From: a virus
DNA: 42,333 nucleotides
IMG/VR virus record: IMGVR_UViG_3300045988_165172
Strand: one strand, 5' to 3'
This document shows, in pieces, positions 1-8,198 of this stretch. Made by a program: the position numbers and the translations under genes. The notes under the pieces were generated by a model. The model was given only the letters and a program-made list of their open reading frames with translations, was not told where the DNA came from and ran no database searches. Position 1 is the stretch's first letter, and each line of letters begins with the position of its first letter.

Positions 1-55
1 GAGGATTTAGCAAGGTGGCAACTGTAAACTTTACTAATAGCGATAACTATGCAGA
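1..55. repeat. Terminal overlap copy 1 (identical to 42279..42333)
   Basis: Exact 55-nt identity read directly from the sequence. It lies inside a coding frame that is continuous across the junction. Confidence 0.95.
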
Positions 56-119
56 GAAATATGATATCTATAAATCAGATAATGCCAATTTAGGAAATAC
101 TGATGTAACTATAAAATAA
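3..119 (+). CDS. 3' end of the wrap-around tail fibre / BppU-like ORF that starts at 41195
   Basis: The frame is continuous with 41195..42333 once the 55-nt overlap is collapsed (GFSKVATVNFTNSDNYAEKYDIYKSDNANLGNTDVTIK, TAA at 117..119). Confidence 0.8.
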   Translation, partial: GFSKVATVNFTNSDNYAEKYDIYKSDNANLGNTDVTIK

Positions 120-133
120 GGGAGGTATATAAA

Positions 134-2263
134 ATGGGTATTGAAATAATAGGAAAACTTACTCAAAAGAATAATGGCGACTTTAAATTAGTTGATTTAG
201 AAGATGTTGACTATGACGGAACTGGTAAAAATGCCAAACAGGAATTAGAAAAGAAAATAGAAGAAGCTAAAAATAGTTCAACACCATATGATGACACTAA
301 AATAAAAACTGATATAAATATCATTAAAACTGATTTAGGGACTGAGGAATTAACTACTACTAATAAAACTGTTAAAGGCGCAGTAAATGAAGTTGCTGCA
401 CAATATAACAATATTGCGAAACAAACTATAACAACTGAAGAAAGAACAAAATTAAATAGTTTAAATAATTATGATGACACTACTGTTAAAACTAATATAC
501 AAAATGTACAACAACAAGTAAATAATTTAGTACTTGGAGCAGTAGGAGATGGGAACAACGCCGAAGTTGTTCAAGCAAGAGGTAATTATACAGTACTAAA
601 TGATAGATTTGATAGTATTGAGAATGACTTATATCTTACTGAAACATTGAATAGTAATAATTGTATAGGTTTTAATGATAGTACACAACCCATAACTGCA
701 AACGGCGTTACACTAACCGTAAGAAATGGGGCATTTGAATTAAATGGTACCGCTACGGCTAATACAGAATTAAATATTATTTCCCTTCAAAAATCACCTA
801 TGCTCGAAGCTGCCCAGTATACATTTAAGGTAGAAAAGATATCAGGGAATACAATTCCTGATAATCAATCATTGAAAGTATATTACACTAGTAATAAAAT
901 GTTTGATGTTGAGGAAACTGCAAGTGCAACTGTTACATTTAGTGAAGTGCAAAATAGATTAAAATTCCGTATTGTTGCAGGAGTTCAATACAATAATTAT
1001 AAGTTCCACTTTTGGGGCGAAAAAGGTAGTAGTTGCGGGGATTATAAAGAATACGGACACGGGTCTGTAAAAATTGAAAAACATAAAAAAGATTTTGATA
1101 ATTTAAATGACCATATTGAGAATGTTAGCATACATACTACGGCAGAAGAAAAACAAGCAATATCTGAACTTACAGTTAGCTCTACAATCTTTGTTGATGA
1201 AATTAATGATACCGTTAATAAGATATATAATAATATGAATGGGCAATGTTTATGCTTTGCATGGATTTCTGATACACATACGTATCCAAATTACGATAGT
1301 AGTGATAGTTCTGCAGCGCAGTATCTAAATGAAATTAATACTATTAAATTTGTAAATAGAAAAGTAGGATTCGATATGTTAGTGCATGGTGGTGATATGG
1401 TTAATACACAATGGTTGTGGAGAAATCCAACTACTACCAATGAAGTTTATGGAAAAGTAATACATGATTATGTTAATGAATTAAGAAAAACTGAAATTGA
1501 TGACATTTATGTATGTATGGGTAACCATGATAGTGGATTTATACCTAATAATACAGGTTCAGGTGTAGGAACTGAATATTCAAATTACAGTTGTTTTTAT
1601 AAAAATAGTAGACAGAGGGCAAGTGACAATAAAGGTAAAGTAGTAAGAGATGGCATTAACCCTTATTATTATGTTGATTTTGATAATTTAAAATTAAGAT
1701 GTATGTTCTTAGCAACAGATATGGATAGTACAAAAACTGATTGGAAGGGTATGGACTATGAACAAGCAGAGTGGATAAAAAACACTTTACAAAATATACA
1801 AACAGATTATAATGTAATACTCTTTACACACATACCTATAACTAGATTCTATACTGTTATGACTAAGAATGGTTCTACAACATCAATAATAAACCTACTT
1901 AACGGCTTCAATAACCATACGGTAGTTGACAACCAAGGTAGTAGTTTAGATGCAGACTTTTCAAATAAAACTGGTAAAATATTAGCTTGTTTCTCGGGGC
2001 ATTATCATGGGGATAGTATTATTTTACCAAGTGATGAAAAAGCTAAATTTACTTTCCCTGAAATTACAATTACTTCTGGTGGTTATTTAACTAATAAAGT
2101 AATAACAACTGGGGATTTTTCTAATGAGGCGGATGCACCAGCTAGAGAGTACGGAAAGGTAACACAAAATGCTTGGGATGGTGTGGTATATAGTAAAACA
2201 GATAATAAAATATATTTAACACGCTTTGGAGCAGGAGAAGATAGAGTTATTGATTTATCTTAG
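134..2263 (+). CDS. Tail fibre-like protein with C-terminal calcineurin-type metallophosphoesterase domain
   Basis: RBS GGGAGG upstream of the ATG. The N-terminus is fibre-like (AEVVQARGNYTVLNDRFDSIE). The C-terminal half carries all five MPE motifs in order: ISDTHT, HGGDMV, MGNHDS, FTHIP, SGHYHGD. Confidence 0.75.
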   Translation: MGIEIIGKLTQKNNGDFKLVDLEDVDYDGTGKNAKQELEKKIEEAKNSSTPYDDTKIKTDINIIKTDLGTEELTTTNKTVKGAVNEVAAQYNNIAKQTITTEERTKLNSLNNYDDTTVKTNIQNVQQQVNNLVLGAVGDGNNAEVVQARGNYTVLNDRFDSIENDLYLTETLNSNNCIGFNDSTQPITANGVTLTVRNGAFELNGTATANTELNIISLQKSPMLEAAQYTFKVEKISGNTIPDNQSLKVYYTSNKMFDVEETASATVTFSEVQNRLKFRIVAGVQYNNYKFHFWGEKGSSCGDYKEYGHGSVKIEKHKKDFDNLNDHIENVSIHTTAEEKQAISELTVSSTIFVDEINDTVNKIYNNMNGQCLCFAWISDTHTYPNYDSSDSSAAQYLNEINTIKFVNRKVGFDMLVHGGDMVNTQWLWRNPTTTNEVYGKVIHDYVNELRKTEIDDIYVCMGNHDSGFIPNNTGSGVGTEYSNYSCFYKNSRQRASDNKGKVVRDGINPYYYVDFDNLKLRCMFLATDMDSTKTDWKGMDYEQAEWIKNTLQNIQTDYNVILFTHIPITRFYTVMTKNGSTTSIINLLNGFNNHTVVDNQGSSLDADFSNKTGKILACFSGHYHGDSIILPSDEKAKFTFPEITITSGGYLTNKVITTGDFSNEADAPAREYGKVTQNAWDGVVYSKTDNKIYLTRFGAGEDRVIDLS

Positions 2264-2400
2264 AAAAACTTATGAATTGATGGTACTAATAATTATAATA
2301 GAAATAATGTAGTAGAAAGTTTAAATGTATCATTTACTACCACATTAAACACTGCATATATTTAATATACACAATATAAAAATATTGCGTACTTAGTTTG

Positions 2401-2429
2401 TTGCATATTTTGACATCTTTCTATACTAT
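2401..2429 (+). promoter_or_regulatory. Candidate sigma-A promoter of the moron (TTGCAT-17 nt-TACTAT)
   Basis: The hexamers and the 17-nt spacer were read from the sequence. The site is directly upstream of the RBS GAGGGAGG. Confidence 0.4.
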
Positions 2430-2455
2430 TTATGGTATAGAGGGAGGTATTTTTA

Positions 2456-2706
2456 TGGCACATTCTGTAGTAGTAAAAAAAGAAGAAAAAGTAAAACATA
2501 TATTTGATTTATTAGGAGATGACTTAACTGAAGAAAATTTTAAAGAAAAATTTAAAAGTATATATCCTAAGGATTGGCAGAGAATAATTTCTACTTACAA
2601 TAAACATGAGAGAAAAACAAAACCAGGGAAAAAACATCCTATGCCTAATCCAGAAAAATATTTAAGTAATATGTTTAAAGTATATTATAAAAAATTAATA
2701 GGATAA
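2456..2706 (+). CDS. Hypothetical small basic protein (83 aa), moron-like
   Basis: ATG at 2456 is preceded by GAGGGAGG. The TTG at 2398 in the ORF track lacks an RBS. The gene has its own promoter-like site and terminator. Confidence 0.6.
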
Positions 2707-2725
2707 GTTTTTAATATATCGTCCC

Positions 2726-2757
2726 AAAAGAGTCTTAAAAAATGAGACTCTTTTTTA
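2726..2757 (+). terminator. Rho-independent terminator
   Basis: AAAAGAGTCT (2726..2735) pairs with AGACTCTTTT (2745..2754) and is followed by a T run. Confidence 0.75.
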
Positions 2758-2778
2758 ATTGGAGAAAGGAGTTGATAT

Positions 2779-3432
2779 ATGAAAATTGCAATATTAGATT
2801 CAGGCATTTTCCCTCATATTGACTTAAGAGAAAAAATAATCTATGGTAAAAACTTTACATCAGAAGGTAATAGCCAAAATGTAGAAGACAATAACGGGCA
2901 TGGTACCCATGTAGCAGGAATTATACATAGTATTATCCCAGAAGCACAGCTATTAATAGTAAAAGTATTAGACAGATATGGCAAAGGCAATATAGAAGAC
3001 GTGACAGAAGGTATATATTATGCTATAGAAAAGAATGTAGATATAATTAATATTTCTATTTCTTTCGAAGATGAAGATAAAGAAATGGAGGAAGCTATAC
3101 AACTTGCAAAGGATAAAAATATACCAGTAATATGTGCAGCAGGAAATAACAATGTAATAGAATATCCAGCACAGTATGGGATTAGTGCAGGGTCCTTAGA
3201 TCCTACTAGCGGGAATATATCTGAATTTTGCTCTAAGGATTGTGTTATATATGCACCAGGAGAAAATGTAACCAGTACATACCTTAATGATTCTTACGAG
3301 ACAATGACAGGTACATCTATGGCAACAGCAAAGGTAACAGGATATATAGCAAAAGAAATAAAAAATAAAAGAGATATAGTTAAATTTGTAGAAGAAAATA
3401 AATATATATATAAAGGAGTAGTAGGAGTATGA
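2779..3432 (+). CDS. Compact subtilisin-like (S8 family) serine protease, no signal peptide
   Basis: Catalytic D-H-S order with the classic contexts: AILDSGI, GHGTHVAG, oxyanion AAGNNN, GTSMATA. Only 217 aa. The TGA stop overlaps the ATG of the next gene (ATGA). Confidence 0.8.
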   Translation: MKIAILDSGIFPHIDLREKIIYGKNFTSEGNSQNVEDNNGHGTHVAGIIHSIIPEAQLLIVKVLDRYGKGNIEDVTEGIYYAIEKNVDIINISISFEDEDKEMEEAIQLAKDKNIPVICAAGNNNVIEYPAQYGISAGSLDPTSGNISEFCSKDCVIYAPGENVTSTYLNDSYETMTGTSMATAKVTGYIAKEIKNKRDIVKFVEENKYIYKGVVGV

Positions 3433-3659
3433 ATGAAGAACTACTAGAAGACAAAGTAAAAACGCATGAACAAAGGATAAACGCACATTCTGACAGATTA
3501 GACAAATTAGAAAATAGACAAGCAGAAATGACAGTAAAATTAGATAATTTATGTAGCACCATAGATAAATTATCAATAAATTTAAACAAACTAACTTATG
3601 CAATTATAACAGCATTGGTTAGTTTTTTCTTTTATGTAATACAAAATCATCTTTTTTAA
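3429..3659 (+). CDS. xhlA: XhlA-like lysis accessory protein (coiled coil plus C-terminal TM helix)
   Basis: 76 aa with an N-terminal coiled coil (EQRINAHSDRLDKLENRQAEM) and a C-terminal hydrophobic helix. It sits immediately upstream of the holin. Confidence 0.7.
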   Translation: MNEELLEDKVKTHEQRINAHSDRLDKLENRQAEMTVKLDNLCSTIDKLSINLNKLTYAIITALVSFFFYVIQNHLF

Positions 3660-3673
3660 TAGGAGGTAATGAG

Positions 3674-3871
3674 ATGAAATTTAATTTAAAACAACAAGTA
3701 AAAAATAAATACTTTTGGGTATCAGTAGTTAGTTTAATTGTTTTAACTGCTCAGCAATTTAACTTGGACTTTATACCAGCTAATTTTCAAGATTATGTAA
3801 ACTCAGTTTTAACAATTTTAGTTGCTATGGGCATACTTACAAATAATAGCACTCCAGGAATCGGAGAATAA
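3674..3871 (+). CDS. Holin (phi LC3 / Phage_holin_1-like)
   Basis: 65 aa. Motif KNKYFWVSVVSLIVL, two hydrophobic segments and a polar C-terminal tail. RBS AGGAGG. Sits upstream of the endolysin. Confidence 0.8.
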   Translation: MKFNLKQQVKNKYFWVSVVSLIVLTAQQFNLDFIPANFQDYVNSVLTILVAMGILTNNSTPGIGE

Positions 3872-3976
3872 GAATAGGTATAAACATAAGGTGAATATTT
3901 TGAAAAGTGCTTAGAAAGCTAACTGCAAGGTCGTTTTTTTAAGCACTTTATTATTTTAGAAAGGATTTGATATTTT

Positions 3977-4786
3977 ATGAATAAGCCAGTGATAGTAGAA
4001 AAATGGCAAAAAAGAAATAAATATGGCAGACCTGGAACAAAATTAAATTATACGAAAGTAGCTATACATTATACAGGAAAGGCGGATGTAAAAGGCATAA
4101 ACACAGTATCTTATTTCAACAATGTTGTGGCGAATGGATACAAAGTTAATGGAAAATATATCTATGCATCCGCTCACTTCGTTATTGATCTAGATGGAAC
4201 TATATACCAACTAATTCCGTTAAATGAAATCTGTTATGCGACTAATAGTGCTAATAGCTACGCTGTAGGAGTAGAAGTAGCTACAACAGGAAGCGACAAC
4301 CATTATACAGACGCTACATATAAAAGTATGGTCGAATTATGTGCGTGGTTATGTGCTAATAAAGGACTTAATCCAAAGCAAGATATAATACGTCATACAG
4401 ATGTTGTAGGGAGAGCATACAAACTATGCCCTATATATATGGTAAATAACCCAGATAAATATGAACAATTCAGATTAGACTGTTATAACGTAAAAGCAGG
4501 TAAAGTCAGCTTAGATAAAGTTGTAAATTGTACTAATGGAAAAGGTAAGGTTACAGTAATTCCTGATGCGACACAAAATAAAACACAACTTGTAAGAATA
4601 TTACAAGACGTAAATATACGCAGTGCAGCTGATTTTACTGATGCAAGTGTAATCGGCGTAGTTAAAAAAGGAGGAGTATATACTGTTGTTGAAAAAATAG
4701 AAAGAACAGGAACAGATATGTATAAACTTAAATCAGGAGTTTATATAACAGCATCTCCAAAATATGTAGAAGTATTTGAAAAATAG
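3977..4786 (+). CDS. Endolysin: N-acetylmuramoyl-L-alanine amidase (Amidase_2/PGRP) with C-terminal SH3b wall-binding domain
   Basis: Amidase_2 motifs are present (AIHYTG, SAHFVIDLDG, YAVGVE, IIRHTDV, KLCP). The C-terminus has an SH3b-like segment (VNIRSAADFTDASVIGVVKKGGVYTV). Confidence 0.85.
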   Translation: MNKPVIVEKWQKRNKYGRPGTKLNYTKVAIHYTGKADVKGINTVSYFNNVVANGYKVNGKYIYASAHFVIDLDGTIYQLIPLNEICYATNSANSYAVGVEVATTGSDNHYTDATYKSMVELCAWLCANKGLNPKQDIIRHTDVVGRAYKLCPIYMVNNPDKYEQFRLDCYNVKAGKVSLDKVVNCTNGKGKVTVIPDATQNKTQLVRILQDVNIRSAADFTDASVIGVVKKGGVYTVVEKIERTGTDMYKLKSGVYITASPKYVEVFEK

Positions 4787-4834
4787 GTATAAATAGTACA
4801 TATATAGTCGATGCTTCTAATAGGAGGTAGGCGT

Positions 4835-4924
4835 ATGAAAATAGATATATTATTAAGACTAGGATACTTTGTATTAGGAGTATTATTTGCAACAGCTATA
4901 ATACCATTGTTGCTAATAAAATAA
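4835..4924 (+). CDS. Small hydrophobic peptide (29 aa), hypothetical
   Basis: RBS AGGAGG 7 nt upstream of the ATG. Sequence MKIDILLRLGYFVLGVLFATAIIPLLLIK contains one TM helix. The terminator follows immediately. Confidence 0.4.
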   Translation: MKIDILLRLGYFVLGVLFATAIIPLLLIK

Positions 4925-4954
4925 GGCTAGGGAAGTTATTTTCCTTAGCCTTTT
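4923..4954 (+). terminator. Rho-independent terminator ending the lysis operon
   Basis: AAGGCTAGGGA pairs with TCCTTAGCCTT (one G-U pair) around an 8-nt loop, with Ts at the 3' side. Confidence 0.7.
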
Positions 4955-4993
4955 ATTGTATAATGTAATAAAGATGTTTTTATGGGGCAATTC

Positions 4994-5043
4994 TACATGT
5001 ATCATGGGACAGACAAACAATAATCCGTATGTTGATACATGTA
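4994..5043. other. Candidate attP core: perfect 11-bp inverted repeat flanking a 28-bp centre
   Basis: TACATGTATCA (4994..5004) and TGATACATGTA (5033..5043). The total span is 50 bp. It abuts the 3' end of the serine recombinase gene in a non-coding gap. Confidence 0.35.
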
Positions 5044-5049
5044 AAAAGT

Positions 5050-6558
5050 TTATATTTTAAATTTAACCTCTAAAGTAAACTGTGCAAATCTCTTTTTTTC
5101 TTTATAATATAAAATTTCCTTTATAACAGTTTTTAAAGCCTTGTTTTTCAGCTCTATGTTATCTGTATTCTCATAGTCTCCTATAGCGCACTCTATATTT
5201 TTTGCTAATTCTTTATAATCAATATCCTTACTAACTTCTGCTTCCAGTAGCTTTTTAGTACCTTTTATAGCAGTTTCTATTTCCTCTTTCTTAGCTGCTA
5301 AAGTTTGTTGCCTTTCTAAAAAAGTATCTACATCATAGATGCCTCTTTCTAGCAAGTCATGTAGCTTATTTTTCTGCTTATCTAATTCTGTTTTTTCTCT
5401 ATCTAAACTAATTAAAGTATTTTGTAACATCTCTAATTGCTTATTTTCTTTATCCTCTATCTCCGTATTGTTTAACTCGTCTTTAATTTCTTTTAATTTA
5501 ACTTTTAGTGTGTTTAATATTTCTTCTTCTACTAGATCTAACCTAGAAGAACCTACCTCATAGCAATTTTTACAACGCAAATAAAGTACTGGTCCTTCTT
5601 TAACAGTATTATAAGATGCTACCATTGTATGTTTACAATAAGAACATTTCACTATACCTGCTAGTGGATTAACTAATTTTCTATCGTTTTTCTTAGATGG
5701 TATTTGATTGCCTTTTCTTATTTCTTGTGCTTTATTCCAGTCCTCTTCACTTATAATAGGTTTATGTTTGCCTTTGTATATTAGCACATCGCTTTCTTTA
5801 TTTTTCTTTGTCTTAGTCCCTTTTCTACGATACTCAAACCAAGTTACATACCCACAATACGTTTGATTTCTTATAATTCTTCTAACTGCACATTCTGTAA
5901 AATCTTTACCAGCAGTTGTTTTGTAGCCTAAAGTGTTCAACCTTTTCATTATTCTAAAAGAACCTTCACCATTTAGATACATATCAAATATAAGTTTTAT
6001 TGCTGGCGCTGTTTCTTCATCTATAATCATATGCCTTTTCCCGTATTCATCATATCGAAACTTATAACCAAGTGGCGCTGTTGAGCCTATAAAATTACCT
6101 TCTTCTATACTTTTTACACGCCCTCTTTGCATTCTTTTTGTTATTACTTTTAATTCCCTACGTGCAAAAAACGTTTTAAATTCGGTCATTTCTTCGTCTA
6201 GGTCGTTATTTAGGTTATACGTTTTATCTGGAGTAATAATAAGTGTATTAGTTTTTTTAAAAGTGTTAATTATTCTCCCTTGGTCCTGCATATCTCCACG
6301 TCCTAAACGGTCTATATCCATGCATAACACAGCATCATACATATTTTTTTCTATTTCTTCTAATAACTTTATCATTTTTGGTCTCTTAGCAATGCTGTCA
6401 CCTGTTTTTATTTCTTCCTTTATTTCGATAACGTTAAGATCCTGGTTTTTAGCAACTTCTAATAGTGTGCTTCTATGTCTGGCTAGTGTGTCAACGTCTT
6501 CTTTTTTCTCCAGTTCTTCATCGGCACGACTTTTTCTTAAATATATACATGTTTTCAT
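5050..6558 (-). CDS. int: Large serine recombinase (phage integrase)
   Basis: N-terminal resolvase domain (CIYLRKSRADE, DRLGR), a recombinase domain, a Cys-rich zinc ribbon (CSYCKH...CKNC) and a C-terminal coiled coil. 502 aa. Confidence 0.9.
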   Translation of the reverse strand: MKTCIYLRKSRADEELEKKEDVDTLARHRSTLLEVAKNQDLNVIEIKEEIKTGDSIAKRPKMIKLLEEIEKNMYDAVLCMDIDRLGRGDMQDQGRIINTFKKTNTLIITPDKTYNLNNDLDEEMTEFKTFFARRELKVITKRMQRGRVKSIEEGNFIGSTAPLGYKFRYDEYGKRHMIIDEETAPAIKLIFDMYLNGEGSFRIMKRLNTLGYKTTAGKDFTECAVRRIIRNQTYCGYVTWFEYRRKGTKTKKNKESDVLIYKGKHKPIISEEDWNKAQEIRKGNQIPSKKNDRKLVNPLAGIVKCSYCKHTMVASYNTVKEGPVLYLRCKNCYEVGSSRLDLVEEEILNTLKVKLKEIKDELNNTEIEDKENKQLEMLQNTLISLDREKTELDKQKNKLHDLLERGIYDVDTFLERQQTLAAKKEEIETAIKGTKKLLEAEVSKDIDYKELAKNIECAIGDYENTDNIELKNKALKTVIKEILYYKEKKRFAQFTLEVKFKI

Positions 6559-6571
6559 ATGATTTCCTCCT

Positions 6572-6597
6572 AAAAAAAGAGCAGCTGCTAACTGCCC
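6572..6597 (-). terminator. Possible terminator downstream of the lipoprotein gene
   Basis: On the - strand, GGGCAG...CTGCTC forms a short stem followed by T7. The stem is weak. Confidence 0.3.
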
Positions 6598-6667
6598 TGT
6601 ACGTATCTATATTATTTATTTCTATTTTTTTAGTTTCTATTCCTTTATATTCTATATGTTAATCTTA

Positions 6668-7321
6668 TTATTTAATAACTTTAGTATTACTATCTAGTTT
6701 CAAATATTGACCATCTTTTAATGTTATTAACTTACTTCCAGAAAAATAATCTGCTGTTTGTAAATCAGGACTATTATTATATCCACCAGCTAAATTATTG
6801 TATAGACAAAACCAACCCTCAGAGCCATCATTTATAGCTTCTAATTTATGTTCTCCAGGAGTTATATCTTTGCCTACTATATACATACCATTTGTAAGTT
6901 CATCAAGATTAGAAAAATCTAATGCTTCATCCTTTATCTCATCAACTTTATATAAATCACATTTGTTTAATTGTAAATATTGGCCATCTTTTACTTCTAT
7001 ATAAGAGAAATTTTCAAAAGCATTTGAATCAACCTTAGAATCTAAGTCTCCAGTAGTATCAGTAGTTATATCAAAACTTCCCATAAATTCACCATCATGT
7101 TTAACTAAAACATAAATTCCTGGATCTAAATCTTTTCCAACTTTAAACGTACCATCACTTAGTTTGAAACTAATTTTATCTTCTTGTTGATTTTCTGTTG
7201 AACCTTCTGTATCTTCCGGTTGTGAAGAAGATTCAACAGAAGTGGTATTAGTACTATTACTACAAGCGGTAATATTTAAACATAACAAAAAACATAACAC
7301 AATATTTAATATTTTCTTCAT
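6668..7321 (-). CDS. Prophage lipoprotein with internally duplicated domain (candidate superinfection exclusion or moron product)
   Basis: Signal peptide with a lipobox (LCLNITAC). Two similar halves (DGTFKVGKDLDPGIYVL...VKDGQYLQL and NGMYIVGKDITPGEHKL...LKDGQYLKL). An alternative GTG start lies at 7327. Confidence 0.75.
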   Translation of the reverse strand: MKKILNIVLCFLLCLNITACSNSTNTTSVESSSQPEDTEGSTENQQEDKISFKLSDGTFKVGKDLDPGIYVLVKHDGEFMGSFDITTDTTGDLDSKVDSNAFENFSYIEVKDGQYLQLNKCDLYKVDEIKDEALDFSNLDELTNGMYIVGKDITPGEHKLEAINDGSEGWFCLYNNLAGGYNNSPDLQTADYFSGSKLITLKDGQYLKLDSNTKVIK

Positions 7322-7546
7322 TATCACAAAACTCCCTCTTTTTTATTTTTCTTAAATTGTAGCATATTATACAGAGTTTTATACTAAAAAATGCCAAAAT
7401 ACCTCTTTTTATTTATTAGTTGGTAGTATAATATATATTATAAGTATTTCGGAACATTTTAAATGCTATATTATAAAAAATCGTATATAATATAGATAAA
7501 GAATATATAGAACAAACGTTCTATAAAAATGAATTAGGGGGGCAAC

Positions 7547-7663
7547 ATGCAAAATATATTAGAAAGAGATGAAATAATAAAATTATTAGGTCAAAACCAT
7601 TTAGAGTTATACATACAACTTGCCGAAAAAGAAATAAAAAAAGCAAATAATGAAGAAAAGTAA
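7547..7663 (+). CDS. Hypothetical 38-aa protein
   Basis: G-rich RBS (AGGGGGG) upstream of the ATG. The ORF ends at the bidirectional terminator. Confidence 0.4.
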   Translation: MQNILERDEIIKLLGQNHLELYIQLAEKEIKKANNEEK

Positions 7664-7676
7664 ATCGATATAAAAA

Positions 7677-7701
7677 AGGACTAGGAGTTTTTCCTAGTCC
7701 T
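7677..7701. terminator. Bidirectional terminator between the small ORF and the repressor gene
   Basis: AGGACTAGGA pairs with TCCTAGTCCT. There are A runs upstream and T runs downstream. It overlaps the repressor stop codon. Confidence 0.7.
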
Positions 7702-8011
7702 TTTTAAAACTTAATACCATTTCTAAAATAGATTCAAATTGTTCATCTGTTAACTGATCAGTTAATCTTATTGCTTTCTTTTGCCTTTCTGTTATATCTT
7801 CTATAGGTTTTTTATCTTCTGATAAACCAAGTAAGTAGTCGGTAGTTACATCAAATATTTTTGATAATTGTACGAGCGTTTGTGCATCTGGAACACTCTT
7901 TCCTCTTTCATAATAGCCATATGCACTTTTTGTTAAACCTATTTTATCAGCAATATCTTTTTGAGTATATTCGTTTTCTTCCCTTAGTTCTCTTAATCTC
8001 TTAGCTAACAT
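7694..8011 (-). CDS. CI-like repressor, XRE-family HTH
   Basis: HTH_3 signature (YTQKDIADKIGLTKSAYGYYERGKSVPDAQTLVQLSKIFDV). ATG at 8011 has RBS AGAAGGG; the ORF-track GTG at 8035 is an alternative. The gene is divergent from the cro-like gene. Confidence 0.85.
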   Translation of the reverse strand: MLAKRLRELREENEYTQKDIADKIGLTKSAYGYYERGKSVPDAQTLVQLSKIFDVTTDYLLGLSEDKKPIEDITERQKKAIRLTDQLTDEQFESILEMVLSFKKD

Positions 8012-8080
8012 TTTATTTTCCCTTCTTTTTATCACATTGATTTATATCTAGTAATATGTTACAAGTAGTTACTAATTTAA

Positions 8081-8101
8081 TATAAGTAAATTATACTTAT
8101 A
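8081..8101. promoter_or_regulatory. Candidate operator (21-bp palindrome TATAAGTA-AATTA-TACTTATA)
   Basis: Palindrome read from the sequence. It overlaps a possible - strand -10 element (ATTATA at 8090..8095). Confidence 0.35.
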
Positions 8102-8169
8102 TATTCTCCATTTATGCAAATATTCCTTATCTTTTTTATAATAAAAATAAAAAATTTTTGCCAAAATTA

Positions 8170-8198
8170 TTGACAAGCAAGTTATACTTGCCTATAAT
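8170..8198 (+). promoter_or_regulatory. Early lytic promoter (TTGACA-17 nt-TATAAT)
   Basis: Perfect consensus hexamers with a 17-nt spacer, about 75 nt upstream of the cro-like gene. Confidence 0.75.
8177..8191. promoter_or_regulatory. Candidate operator GCAAGT-TAT-ACTTGC inside the promoter spacer
   Basis: Perfect 15-bp palindrome lying between the -35 and -10 elements. Confidence 0.5.

Noticed and set aside
1-55. The 55-nt terminal repeat as a biological direct terminal repeat, or as att sites of an integrated prophage.
   Set aside because: It lies in the middle of a coding frame that is continuous across the junction, and no host flanking DNA is present. An assembly overlap of a circular or permuted molecule is the simpler explanation.
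2398-2455. Extended N-termini from non-ATG starts in the ORF track (2398, 12029, 15318, 17426, 17934, 22500).
   Set aside because: Each has an internal ATG with a much better placed Shine-Dalgarno sequence. The extensions overlap upstream genes or terminators.
3903-3948. A hairpin after the holin gene (AAAGTGCTTA ... TAAGCACTTT), considered as a terminator.
   Set aside because: A 26-nt loop makes it a weak terminator, and it would uncouple the holin from the endolysin. It may be a processing or attenuating structure, but I cannot support that call.
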